Positions 39,017 through 52,704 of a DNA stretch of 64,000 nucleotides are shown one piece after another. The notes under the pieces were generated by a model that was given only the letters and a program-made list of their open reading frames with translations, was not told the DNA's origin and made no database searches. Each line of letters opens with the position of its first letter. The first letter of the stretch is position 1. The DNA lies in assembly GCF_036321535.1 (NCBI RefSeq), contig NC_087437.1:24182001-24246000 (forward strand). The letters are read 5' to 3'. Made by a program: the position numbers and the translations under genes. Origin of the DNA: Camelus dromedarius (taxonomy: Eukaryota).

Positions 39017-41109
39017 AATGCAGAATATTTTAGATCACATACTCAGAGGGAAAACGTTTTGCTAAATAATAATACAAAAAATTACTTGTAAAATCTCTAC
39101 ACACCTATAAATAAGTTTTGATGATATATTAATTCTGTAGCTGTTGTCAGGATCAATTAAGGAAGACATGAAATGCTGTAAGTTCTGTAGACTGTGAAAT
39201 ATCTTTATCATCATCTTCTCCACAGACAATATATCTGGTCTGTAGTTCACCTTGCTTGATCTACAGATGCTAACATGACCATCTGTACATAATGTTGCTC
39301 AAAATCATTTTCATTTCTCACTTTCTTCTAAATTATTACTTATCAATACTTTCATGTATTGAAAATCAAATCTATTTTACTTAATTTTCCATTGATATCT
39401 AGCTTGTGACAATATTTTAGCTTTTTATTAATTCCTTGAATTTAGTTTGCATCATAACAGATGAGCTCCTCCTTCAGTAAAGATCAGGGAGAGGGAATTC
39501 TGGTCATCTTGCCGCAGTGCTCGATAGCTAAGAAAACGTCGGTCTGGTTCTAAAATAAGAAAAGTGTGACATGTTGAACATACCACTTCTCTACTTTATT
39601 ATTATGCTCATCTCATGATTCCAGTTCAGTCATAATATCCAAAGTTGGATTCTCTTGGTGCTACAGATACATGAAAGATTGCTGAAATGTACAATTAGTT
39701 CTTATGTTCCCTTAAACCCACCTACAAAGCGTTTCTCCTTTCTATTCTGTCTTCTCCATTCTACCCCCATAACTTGAGTTGCAGTAGACTTTTCTCTCCC
39801 TCAAGTGTATATCCCAGTGATCTAACATAACTACACATAACCCCATTCATTTCATGACACCAATGATTTTCAACTATCTAGTGACATTTTTTCTCCCCCC
39901 TGACCTTCCCAACAATGACAAGTTATATTCTTGAACACCAGTCTCATCACCTTCCCACAAAACCATCAATACCTCTTCACTGGCTACGGAGTAAAATCCA
40001 AACTCCTAAGTCTACAACTGAAGACCTGCTATAATCTGATCCTGCTTCTCATCCATGCCCCGCTTCTCCGTGGGGTCCCCATCAAACTGGAGCACTTGCT
40101 CACTCCCCCTTTATTCTTTCGCTTGTGTCAGACCTGGGCATACTGTCTGCATCTCTTCACACTGATGTTCCTTCACCCTTCCAAATAGGAGCGCTTCTTT
40201 GAATATCAAAATATTTATTTTTTAATGCTCACATTCACTGTTTGCTTCTGTCATAACTTACGTGAAGCATAGAATTTTCACTAGTGAAGTGAAGAGACAA
40301 TTTAGATCATCTCCAAGATTCCTAAAGATCAAAAATTCTATACCAGGCACTCAAAATGTCATGACAAAAGGGGAGTATTTCTGTTGATGAAGGGGTTACA
40401 TTAAAGGTTCTCTTTGAAGGATATTTGCCAATGCTAGTTTTAGTTTAATACTTAATGTCACTAGTTATAGACGGCCTTAGTCATCTAAGGTACCGTAATT
40501 TCTTACGTTCCCACTCTGCCTAAGACAGTGCCCAGCTCTTACTAAGCACAATACGCAAACAGTAACAGTTTAATAACTCTTTTGAAAAAACTCTAGTTCT
40601 CATTTGGGGAGTATTTTGATGCTTCAATCAATATCCTGTTTAGGTCATAACAGTGAATATTTAGCAAACTATGAAGTATTTAGAAAACATAGAGTGGGAA
40701 ATGCTGTACCAGAAAATTGTTCACACATCTTTGGGAAGCTGGGTTCTTTAGGTTTGATATAAAGGTTTCAGACTATTCCCAGAGGGGTAATTCAGAACTT
40801 GTAAAGTGATAAGCACAGTTGTTTTGAACTGAGCTTTCTGCTAATACGTAACTTTTCAACTAGAATTCCAAAACTAAGGAAGAGGTCGTTTATAATCAAT
40901 TTTATGAAGCATTTGAGTTTTGATTGAACTCTGATACTTTGAAGACTTTTTTTTAAACTTTGACAGTGTGATAGATTTCAGAAGAGAGATTGGAATCATT
41001 AGAACAGGTTCTGTGGGCAAGAAAGATGAACTGAAAACAACATAGCATCTTCAAATGAATTTCCATCCTTTTTACAGCTTTTAGAAGACAGGAGGTAGAT
41101 CTGTCCCTT

Positions 41110-41930
41110 CTTTCATGTATTCACTCAGCAAACAAATAGTTTTGAACACATATTGTGTGCCAACCTCTCTTTGGGACAAGATGATATAGCAGCAAACAAG
41201 TAGGCAAAAATCCCTACCCCATGGAGTTTACATCCTAGTTGGGAGGACACAGATGCAGTTAGTAATAAATTACATGCTAGGTTAGAAGGTGATGTGTGCT
41301 ATAGGAAAGGGAAAGAGGGAGATCTGGGTAAAAATAATAGTATAATTTTAAATAAGATACGTGGGTAAGTCTTTGCTGGTGCTGTGACCCAAGTAAAGCA
41401 GCCTCACCCAGAGCATTTGGCTGCGTCCCTGGAAACGGCAGGGCACCTGGAAAGGGGCGGCCAGTGTCAGGTAGGCGTTTCCCCTTGGCTTGTTCAACTC
41501 GTTGCTTTAGGGGAGGTGGGGCTCAGCAAGAAGGGGCCAAAACGAGCACCTCTAAGAGAGCAGACACAGGGCAGAGGCATTTATTTTCTATGTTTAGGAG
41601 TCATCCTGTGGCACAGACTTGAAGAAAGAGAGGGGGGAGAGAGGGACGTATCTGGGGAAAGAACACTCCAGGCGAAGAGAACTACAAAGTTCTAACAGTG
41701 AGAATGCCTGGCCAACTTGACTAAACCAAGAGCTGAAGCTGAGCAGTTGGGGGTGAGCTGGGGGAGATGAGGTCAGGGCGCAGTAACGGAGGGTCAAAGC
41801 AGCAGGGTTCTGCAAGGGCGTTAGAAGGACGCACTTTTCATCTGAATGTATTGGGCAGGGGAAGTTGTTGCTAGAGGCTTTTAAGTAGAGGATTGTCACA
41901 ATTTGTTTTATCTTTTCAAAGAATCATGAC
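41110..41930 (-). mobile_element. LINE-2 fragment with a ~220-bp GC-rich insert
   Basis: 'tattcactcagcaaaca...tgtgtgccaa...ccctaccccatggagtttacatcctagttggg' and 'gggagatgaggtcaggg...ggcttttaagtagag'. Confidence 0.75.
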
Positions 41931-42112
41931 AAATAGTAGAGGAAGAGTTAGCAGATATCTTTGAGTCAATATCTTAATTTACTTGCATTCTCATTCAGAG
42001 TATCATCTATCTCTGGATGGTAACTGTTAGTTGTGTGAATAGATTGGTGGGCTGGGAAGAAAATAGTTCTGATTCTAGTGCCAAGTGAACCTAGTTTTGA
42101 AAAAGCCTCTTG

Positions 42113-42270
42113 AGGAGGGAGAGTATATAGCTCATTGGTGAGAGTGCATGCCTAGCATGCACGAGGTCCTGGGTTCAGTCCCCAGTACCACCATTACAAA
42201 AGATAAATTTAAAAGAAGAAATTAATTACCTCCTTTCCTCAAAAAAAATAAAGGCTAATAAACCAAAAAT
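42113..42270 (+). mobile_element. tRNA-Ala-derived SINE (camelid Vic-1 type)
   Basis: 'tatagctcattggtgagagtgcatgcctagcatgcacgaggtcctgggttcagtccccagtacc' carries A and B boxes and is followed by an A-rich tail; degenerate flanking repeat gaaaaagcctctt/gaaaagacttctt. Confidence 0.85.
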
Positions 42271-45079
42271 AGGAAAAGACTTCTTAATCTCACTGTACTT
42301 TAGCCCTTACATGTAAAATTAACCTGTTAGACTAAGTGGCCAAAAGTCATAACTTTGTGGGAAAATTTATTGAAAATATACCCTAAGAACCTTCTTGAAT
42401 CGTTCTGATTTTTCAACTCATTTTGAACATTTTCCACCCAGTTTTAGATTTTAAGTGACTCTGATAATCACTAATTTCATTCTGGCAACAGTCTGACAGT
42501 TCATTCAGATATTAGTGAAATTATTGTGCTACTTGAAATCGAGCATATTCTAGTTGCCTACTGCAGACAGAGATATTTCTTCTTTGCTTTCTCTGTGCAC
42601 TATAAATAAAGCTTATTAATAAACTCATAACCTAAGCAGTTATTGGGAGAAAAACTGTGCATAATTCACTTAAAATAAGAGTGGTACACAGCATACATCA
42701 CTTTTCTATTAAAAATAGATTAATTGGAGAGATCTGAATGCTTACACTTCGAATATTCCTGAGATATTATAATGTTTATGAGCATCCTACAACCAGAAGA
42801 TGTGAATTTGTGATCATAAAGTAACTCATAAAAGAAAATCTACACAGGCTTTAGCGTTTGATCAGTTCTACAATTTATTCCTGGAAACGTGAAAGTAGCC
42901 TCTATAAGTAGACTAAATTGAGGGGAAAAAAAAGAAAAAATTAATGCAGTGGTTTCTTTAGCACGCTCCTAAAGAGTCACATCGTTGGCACAGTCAGAAA
43001 GGCAATCTAGATGTTGGGAGTATCCCCTACATCTTGGAATAAACTTTTTGGAAGAGTGTATTTTTCATTCTCTCATCTGAGCACCCACTCCAAGCCCTCT
43101 CAGTTAGCTCTGTTTGGCCACCACTTTGAAGCATGGAGCTGTTCACAGTTACTTGTGCATGAATAGCAACTTCAGAAGAGAGCTCTATTCATTGAACAAG
43201 TTGGTGAATGAAATTTGGGGAAAATTAAGGCTCTCAAGTACTGATCACCATTTCCCTTGGCATCCTATTAGTCTCATGCTGTAACCGCTTGACAATAAGA
43301 CTATGCAATTATCTTACAATTACAGCTTCAAGATTTTAACCTGAATGGGTTCGTTGGGTCCCGCTTCCATTATTTTTGCCATATGTCATCCTAATGAATG
43401 TTTGTTGTAGTCTTTCTTAGCCAAGTCTTTCTCATGAGACTGGGAAGTCAAAACAGTAATATCTAATCAACTGTATAGTGAAAAAGATACACTGATCGGT
43501 TGATAGTTTCTATTTGTGCTTTCTTTTCTTCTTTTCATGACTGACTGGTTATTAGACCTTTCTAGTTGAAGTTAATTGGGCTAGATTAAAAAAAAATGAA
43601 ATAAAAGGAAAGCAGAAGGAAATCAAAAAGGAAGAGGAAAAAGTGAGTAGACATGAGAAAATATAACCAGGTTAAAAAAAAAAAAACCTCTCAGGATGTG
43701 CTGTCCATTTTATTGGTCAGGTTAATCAGTGGACTAAAACCTTCATATTTTGCTGCAGAAAATTAATTTGTACTTACTTCTAAAACAAAAATGCAAATTG
43801 GAAAATCATCACATATTTTCATTGAATCCTGTCTCAAATCGTCTCTGTGCTAGAATTCCAAAATTCTGAATTAGAGTTCACATTTGGAACCATAAAATGT
43901 GTTTATGTATTTGAGTTTCTTAGTTTTATATATATCAATATCATTTCATCATGAAAATCTTATTTGTATATCTATCTCCATAGTATGCTTCATTCATTCC
44001 CTCATTTATTAATTCATTCACCTACTCAAGCACTTAACCTGCCAGAAATGTTGCATATTTCTTACTGTATTCATATATAAAAATCTGGGATTTGCTTTGA
44101 TTTAACATAAAATTCTTAAAGTTTGGTTTCTGGCCAAAAATTTTCAGCATTGGTGGGAGTCATGGGTGAAAATTTACTTTTGAGTGTTTATTCAGAATTA
44201 ATGATAAATGACAGAATAGATGAGAAAAAACATTTTGTTTGTATTTATGAGAAAGTAAAAATAGGGAAATATAATTAGTAAAACTGTCAGAAAGCCTCTT
44301 TGACTAGTTTGATTTCCTCAAACCAACTAAATAATATTTAAGACTTGAAATGCCCCAGCGATATGTCCTACCACATATCAAAACACATTGTAGCATAAGA
44401 AAATTTTAAACAGATCAGTGGAAGCAGAGCCCAGCATATGTAAAAGCCTTGCATGGATAAAGAAGATAGAACAATTTTATGGGAAAAGAATTGACTATTC
44501 TAAATATACAACTGGGAAAACGGGCTGGATACTAAGGAAACAAAATTTAGCTTAGATTCTCCTCTCTGATTCTACATTTAAAAGTCCAGATGGAGAATGA
44601 GTGTGAAGAGGGTACGTTTGAAAAGAAAAGAAAAGAAATAATACAGGAGTTGTGAAAAAGCTAGACGTGAATAAAAATATCAGGATGGGAAACAGTATTT
44701 CCAAAAACAAGGAAAGAAATAACAAAGGAAAAGATTGACTTTCTAAAATTTAAAATAGCATGCAAATCAAAAGGCAAAAAGACAGATGTATTGCAGTTAT
44801 AATTTTAAAATATAAATATTCAATCTAAAACATCTCACCCTCATTCTAGCCTTTCCTGCCTCCACATCCCCAGAAGAACTCTATAAAATTGACTGACACT
44901 GAACACTGAAAGGGCACGATTGGAAATGAGTGCATTTAACCCCAAAAGAACTTGCTTTTCTCAGACCCATGCTTTCCTTCTCCTCCTCCAACACTCACCT
45001 TTATAATCTGTGAACATGTCTGGCTTCTGAACTAGACCCAAGACTCTTCCAGGGCATGAAGTTCTCTGCTTCCACCCTT

Positions 45080-45735
45080 CCCCAGCTGCCCCCAGCTCCT
45101 TCTGTTGCAGCCACAGTCATCATAGGAGTCAGAGAGGTCCTTTACAGTTCAGATCAGATTCAACCCTCTGCTCAGAACCCTGTGATTGTCTCTTTACCTC
45201 AGACTAAAAGCTGAAATTTTTCAGTAGCTTACAGTGCTGTCACGATCAGGTCCACCACTGTTCTCTCTCTCTCTCTTTTATTTTTTAAATTGAGTTATAA
45301 TCAGTTTACAATGTTGTGTCAGTTTCCACTGCTATCTCTTGACTTCCGCTCCTCTCCCCTTCGCCCACCCAGATTGCAGCTTCTCTGCCTATTTCCTGAC
45401 CCTGAACTTGTCCCAGCACACTCGCACCACCGAGCCCTAACGCTGGCTGTTCCTTTTGCTTTGCACCACTTGCTGAAACCACCTCTTTTAAAATGACAAC
45501 CCCTAGTTCTCCCAATCTCTCTTATTCTGCTTTATTTTTCTCACTAGCACGTACCACCTAATAAACTTTAGAGTTTACTTATAGAGTTTACTTGTGTTTT
45601 TGCCTGACTTTTCCCACTAGAGTGTCATTCATTGAGGCCTAGAGTCATCGTTTCTTCTATCTATTAGTATATCCAGTGCCTAGAGTAGTGCTTGACTTGT
45701 GGGATGGGCTCAATATAAATCTGTTGACTCAGTGG
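45080..45735 (+). mobile_element. LINE-2 3' end (L2a-like) with a tiny L1 tail inserted at ~45270-45326
   Basis: 'ccctctgctcagaaccct...', 'ctctcttattctgctttattttt', 'cagtgcctagagtagtgcttgac...ctcaatataaatctgttgac'; the L1 tail is flanked by ccactgttctctct/ccactgctatctct. Confidence 0.8.
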
Positions 45736-48260
45736 AAGGTCACAGCTCCAGCTTCTAGCACAGGGCCCAGCATAAAGACACAGTATGTATTCCATCCATG
45801 TTTCTGATCAAAATTTAAAAATCATTCTTATAGAAATCATTTCCCCTTATCAATTTACAACTTGTTTTCTTCTTCCCTCTTCCCCAAAGCTTTACTTAAA
45901 ATAGTTTGAAGGAGGAAGAAGAGCTAAATCTTGGCATTCAGCTGTGTAAATACAAAATCTTATTTTAGATACCAGTCCTGTTTCCTTAGTTGATATGCCA
46001 AATTTAGGATGAAAAGAGTAATTTCTTTTCTTTCAACCATCAAAACTAAAAATGCTTTTTTCTTTTTGCTAGAACATTAGCAGAGATCTCTTACCTCAGC
46101 AAGAATTCTTTTTGTCTTCCTATTTCATTTACTATGTATTATATATTTCTGTGTTATATATCTAATATATATGTATAATGAATACACATAATACCTATAT
46201 TTCCTCAATAATTTATTTCCAGAGAAGCATCTCTCCCCATCCCAAGGTATTGTTATTAAATTGGAACACTTGGATGACTAATGAACATAGCAAAATTGAA
46301 AGCTGATTGTTTAATTTGGGGCAGGTAGTCTTTATGCAGTAGGAAAAGTCTAAGCCAGTCAAGACTCTTAAATCTTTCTACAAAACATAGTAAATAACTC
46401 ATATACCTACAACGCTCAGCTTTACTCTAATTTCAACAAGACAGTAAAAATATAATAGGGACAGAATGGAAAAGTGCGACCAAGAATTGTCTAATATGTT
46501 AGACTGTGGGGCACCGTCACGGCCCCCAGCCTAACCCTGTAAAAGGCAGGGAGTTGCACTCAGAGATACTTGGGCTCCTGGGACCTGGTGGAATCCTCCC
46601 AACACAGAAACAGCATTAGACATCGAATTTCAGGGAGCCTCCATAAAGTACTGCGTGTTGGCTGAATTAGTGCTACATCAAAGGGAAAGTGACTTAGAAA
46701 GAAGTCTGAATTATCTTCCTTCCAGTTCTTAAACCCCTGTAGGTTGGCCTAGTTCATCAGCCCTGTTTTTCATTCTATTCCAAAGAAGGATGAACTTAAT
46801 TTAAAGCTCAGTAAGGCAGAAAAAGAGGCCCCTTATACTCCATCTAGTAAGGATATACTCATCCCAAACCCTGAAGTCCGGCTAACCAAGATAAGAGTCC
46901 TGTCTGGTGTCCAGAAATTCGAATTCCCCCTCAAACTGGCAAATGACAAATACACTGACATGCCTAATTTAGAACTCATATCTGCATTCTTAATCACTCT
47001 CTTCCCCGAGAATGAGGCTTCAGTATGATTGCCCTGTAGAAATAAGGAATGCCAGGAGGATAGAAATACAAGGAGACTGACCTCAATTACCTGAGAGGAT
47101 TCTCCTAACATCTTTAGCTCATTCTTGTTCAAGAAGAAAGAGCCCAGTTTTATAGCAGATGCAACTTGAGTCTCATCCTGGCTAAAATTCACTGGAAATA
47201 TATGTTCCCTTGTCACACAGTAGTTTATTTTGTGGGATCAGTCTGTCTGCTAAGCTGTGCTTTCATTGCCAGCTAGTAGACAAAACCAACAGATTGTTTG
47301 TCTTGTGTGTTGGTATAATTGTGTAATGAAAACAGTGGACCATTTCAGAAAAAATAAATGTAAGAATTTAAAATAGACTCATGGGGAACCTCTAGTTTTG
47401 GCTTGATAGAGTTTGTTTACATCAGAAAATTTCTACTGAGGTATTTACTGTCTTCAGAAATGCCATATTAGTTCACTATTTAAATCTAAAATTGGAATCT
47501 TTAAAATCAATGGTTAAATTTTTTATTTCTTACATAAAACTGCCTATGTCTGTATGTTTGCCACAGGCAAATGATGTGACCTATGATTCACTGAACTGTT
47601 AAAAAAAAAAAAAAGCCATGATCCCCAAGACAACAGAAAGCTAAACATCTGGAGAAAATCTAGTATCCAAAGATGGATTATGCAGTGTGGTAACAGGTGG
47701 TGCTAAGAACTATTAAGCTGATTTTAATAAAAAGGGCAAATATCTCCAATTCCGTTTCTTCCAATAAACTCCTTTAAGCAGGTGCAAGGGCAAAGTGTTC
47801 CCTTGTGTTAAGTATGAAAGAGCTTCTTCTTTTTTCTTTTTAGAATCTTTGAGATGACATTACTCTAATTAAAATATCACTGAATACTATGTTTTGTTTT
47901 TGTCATTCGAAAGAAATGTAAATAATACATTATCAAAGTAGCTAAATTTCTGAAACAACTGTCTACATGCTGACAGATTAAATAGATGAAAATAAGCCAG
48001 TCTAAAAATATAAGGCTACTTTTCTTTCCATCAAAAGGGATTAAAGTTTTGTTTTATACTAAAACTTTCATAATAAAGATATCTTAGGAAAACAGCCTTT
48101 AAAAAAAAAAATCAAAGGAAAATCCTGGTTCTCAGAGTCAGTATCCATTTTATCTTAGGCTGGCCACTTCTGTTTCTCAGGTTTCCATTTTCTCAGCTCT
48201 AAAGTAAAAATAGGAGGCAATTTTGTCTCTCTATATTAAAAAAAATATATATATGGCATA

Positions 48261-48462
48261 CAAATGTTAGTGACTATACATATAAAAATAGATAAAAAAT
48301 AAATTACTTCTGTATAGCACAGGGAACTATATTCAATATCTTGCAATAACCTTTAGTGAAAAAGAATATGCAAATGAATATGTGTATGTATATGCATGAC
48401 TGGGACATTGTGCTGTACACCAGAAATTGACACATTGTACCTGACTATTCTTCAATTAAAAA
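48261..48462 (+). mobile_element. Young LINE-1 3' fragment with TSD
   Basis: 'ctgtatagcacagggaactatattcaatatc...cagaaattgacacattgtac...ttcaattaaaaaa'; TSD atatggcata at 48251-48260 and 48463-48472. Confidence 0.9.
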
Positions 48463-50414
48463 ATATGGCATAATGATAAGACCTGGATTCATTTTCCTTA
48501 AAAAATATACATGCTCAGCTTTCTCATCTTTGGACCCAAGACAGACTAAGACAAGAGGGAAACATCTGAATCTAGCTAGACTGATGAGTTAATACACGGA
48601 GGTCAAGTTTTAATTGACCTCCTGTAAATAGTGAAAACTCTAAGGCTAATAGACCCTGAAATACTGTCTGGGTACTCAAATGCTGTGACTACCTATATTT
48701 CTTTATAAGTTTAGTACTTACAAAGCTGACATCTGTAAACTGCTGTTTTTTGTTACACTTTGAGCCCATGCCATGCCAGGCATAGACTATGGGCAGCACT
48801 GACAGAGGCCTAATACCTAATCTGTTTTGCAGATTCACACATTGATGTAGAAACCTTTGGTGACTCATGAAGTCTGAATTTTCGTTTTTTAAAAAATGTT
48901 TCTATTTTAATACTTTTTTTCCCAAGATATATACTCAGCTATTTCTGTGGAAATTTGAGGCTTGAAGACATGTTATATAAAATAATTCAATTTCATACCT
49001 GAAACAAAGCACTTCACAAATTATTTTAAAATGACTGTGTGTCTTCTTTCTTCCAGAAATCCATGTGTTTATAGCTAAATTCTAAATATTTTAAAGCAAA
49101 ATACAGTTAAAAAGTGTATCTTTCATGCTTTTTTCCCTTCTAGTGCAAGGACTCCCAATGTGTATTCCATGAAATTGAAGCCATGGAGTCTAATTTGTAC
49201 GTCAAATAGTTTTAAATTCTTTGACTTGTGTCCATTATCTCAAAGTAAAATTCTGTCAATGTAGAGCTTGCTTTTTTTTTTTTTTTTTCTTAAATCTATG
49301 TGTTACAATACAGGCTTCAGAAATACTGCTTGCACACTGCTAAATTCTCTACATATTTATTTCTGAAAGAACACACACCGGCTTCACCATATAGCAATTT
49401 CTACTTAAACATTTCCCCATGAAACCAAAAACAGAATTTTACACCTATATTTGTAGACATGGAATTCAGAAACATTGCAGCTTTCTGGTTCTAAAATATT
49501 TGAAGGAGATAGGTCCACAGTAATTTGAGGGTTGGTTCAGCTGCTTGTGTTTTCAAATCTCCAGATAATTCTCTCAAAAGAGAACCATAATGAATCTGAT
49601 CTTTGTTCTATTCTTCTTCTATAGCCTCTCACCTCACAGGCTGAGGAACTCACCGAGAATGATAAAGTTACTATTCAATGAAGGTGATTAGAGGAGCCCT
49701 GTGAATTCAAGAGTGAATAAGACAGCGAGTATTCGGTGGTGCTTAAAAGAACACTGCTGAGATGCAAGCAAGAATGGGGTGCTGGAAATATTTCCAGATG
49801 CAGCCCTTTTCCTTTAGAATTAGTATTTCCTTTTCATCCCAGAGAAGTTGTTATATTCTATACTAATATAAAAATACTGTAATATCACATACATTTTTAT
49901 CACTACAAAGCATGATGGACTTAAAAAAAATCTGACAACACCATACCAAAATAACTAGTCTATTCAGTGAAGGAAAAAACACAAGAGATTTGATATCACA
50001 GCCTCCACCCTATCTTTTCTCCAGTCCCCACAGCTATGCTCTATATGTTCCCTTTCCTTCTTGCTCTTTTATTCTCACTTTCTTTTTCAGTCACTCTTTG
50101 GTCAAATGGAAAAGAAAATATGGTTTCTACCTTCAACAGGCTTAGAACCCATCAGAGAAAACACAATTAGTTAAAATAAACTGCAGTGAGTATTATGATA
50201 GGGTAGAAACAGGCTAGAGGCAAAGTGTCATGGGACCCCAGAGGTGAAGTCACCACCAACTGAAACCTGAGTGGCGAGCTGGAGTCAGGTGAACAGGGAG
50301 GGATCCTAGGTGAAGACCCAGAGGCAGAAGAGAGTATGGGCATTCTAGGTACTGAAAGAAATTAAGTATGGCTTGAGAGTAAAGATGAAGTGAGCTTTGG
50401 TAGAATCTACGAGC

Positions 50415-51048
50415 TGTGCACCAAATTATCTTTCTCTTTTTCCCAAGTATTCATCAACAATCTGTTCCCCAGCTTCTCACCCTTGCATTTAGGTGTGATC
50501 ATGTGACTCTTTCCTACCAATAGAATGAAACAGAAATGATGCGTGGCACTTCTTCTTCTTCTTCTTCTTTTTTTAATTGAAGTACCATTAGTTACAATGT
50601 GTCAATTTCTGGTGTACAGCACGATGTCCCAGTCATGCATGTACATACATATATTTGGTTTCATATCCTTTTTTCATTAAAGGTTATTATTAGATATTAA
50701 ACATATTTCCTTGTGCTATATAGCAGAAACTTTTTTAAATCTAAGTGGCTAACATTTATAAATATCAAATTCCCTAATTTATCCCTTCCCACTCCCTTTC
50801 CCAGGTAACCATAAGATTGTTTACTGTGTCTGGCAAAGCCCACTGCCTCTCTCCCTTTCCCAGCCAGATACAAAAAAATACAAGTTGCTGGGGGAGGCAG
50901 AGCCACCAGTGAGAAGAACCTAGGTTCCTGAGGTACTGTTAGCAGAATGGCCTACCAACAGGAACCCCTTTGTTGACTCTTATCTAATCAAGAAATACGC
51001 ATCCATTGTGTCTGAGCCATTACGAATTTGACCTACCTCAACTAACAC
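50415..51048 (+). mobile_element. MaLR (MLT1-type) LTR inside an L2 fragment, interrupted by L1
   Basis: 'catgtgactctttcctaccaatagaatgaaacagaaatgatgcgtggcacttc' and the terminus 'gaaatacgcatccattgtgtctgagccatt...ctaacaca'. Confidence 0.75.
50552..50830 (-). mobile_element. Young LINE-1 3' fragment
   Basis: (TTC)n/T tail, then 'aattgaagtaccattagttacaatgtgtcaatttctggtgtacagc'. Confidence 0.9.
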
Positions 51049-52704
51049 AGGAACCAAACAGTGGGGGGACCCTGCAGGCCAAGTTCAAGAGTTTGATCTT
51101 TATCTGATGGGCAGTAGCAAACCACTGATGGGTTTTAAACTAGGGAGTGTCATGATCACAAAACCAGTTATCCTCAATTAGCTTTATCTGTAATGAAGGA
51201 GCAGTCATTGTTTCTAATAATTTAGATAATTCCCCCTAGGTTTCTGCTCCTCTCCCATACTGAATAATATGGGGCATGATTTATTCATATAATTTCGGTA
51301 AATTCCAAATCTTGATAAAGATAATAGTCATAAATATCTGAGGCTTGAAAAGGCATGATAGATTATTTTCGCAAAATGACACTGCACAGAAAAAGAAGGA
51401 CCATAAAGGTGAGGTGCTTACCCAAGAGCACCTGGGCATGTTAAGAGCAGAGTGGGGATCAAAAACCACAGCCAGTTTCTCTTGTTCTCAATCCAAGACT
51501 CTTTCCACTGTGCCTGGCTGTTTCATATCCTTTAGCCCCAGTGCTTACAACAGATTGGATTACTCTGGGGAAATGAATTAAAGGGCTTAACCATTGAAAA
51601 GTTATAATCTTGGCAATAGCATTTTGCTTTAAAATTTGGAATCATTTGTATTTAATTTTCAGAGTATAGCAATGCAATGAATTGTTTCTTCTGCATTAGT
51701 TTAATTGATGTTTTACTGAACAGAAATAAATGAAATATTTCAACACCTTACATCTCCTTACAAGAAACAGCCTCAGTTAAAGAGAACTATTTTGACTCCA
51801 ATTTTCTATCTTTGTTTTATAATTTTGTATCTTTATAATCTGAAACTCCCCATATGTATATTTTTTTTTCTGAACTCACTTTCTGGCCTTGAAGGGAATT
51901 GCCACAGTGCCTAAGCCATTAGTAGAATATTTGAAAAAACTGAATTGACTTAGACTGGCATTTTGCTTATATTGTTGAATATTAAGAGATGGAGAACACT
52001 ACGTCGAGGAAGTAGCTTTTTAATTTTCCTGGGTTACTAAAAGCCTATGGCTGCTGGTGGAGAAAGATGATAGAAATATATCCATCAGCAAATATGAGTA
52101 TAGGAGAGTTGTTGCATCTGTTGAATAAAAATGAAGGTAAATGAGAGTAACTGACAGAGCAGGAAATGAGAAACTATAATAAAGCACATAATGGCACATA
52201 TTAAGAAATAGTACCCAACGTGGACATTTTTCTGCATTGACATTAATTTGGTGTCAATATAGATTCAAAGAATGGAAAATCATCTTTGTTCCTAATGGCA
52301 AAATGGAAATTAGTGGAAATAATCTAAATTAAAGCTAGCTGATAGTACGTTTGCAACTAGCTCTATATCCTCAAATCCCATAAAAGAGCACAATCCATCA
52401 GTGATTGCAAATAAATAAACCGGCCTATAATAAGATAAAGCACCAGTAAGGATGGATCTTCCATTAATACACAGAAATCTTTTCAAAATAAGCTTGAAAT
52501 ATCATGTGAATCTAGACTTTCAACATTTATGGCTCTTGATGATAAGTCCATCTATACTTTGGAAATGCATTTACAAATGAATACTCACGTCAGGGACAGT
52601 AAGTGAAAACTGATGGTATGTCTGACAGCCAAATCGAAGAGACCAGCAAATTGACTGGAGGTGGGGGATGCGGGTATTGGGGGAAGAGATGAGCCATCCA
52701 GAGT

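Noticed and set aside
42117..42190. Possible tRNA-Ala gene
   Set aside because: Degenerate stems and an A-rich SINE tail; it is a SINE.
48659..48680. miR-200/429-like seed (aatactgtctgg)
   Set aside because: Only a partial match, with no precursor hairpin.
49625..49683. Plus-strand 59-nt exon-like segment (strong acceptor, AAG|GTGATT donor)
   Set aside because: Isolated, with a weak donor and no partner exons or recognisable peptide.
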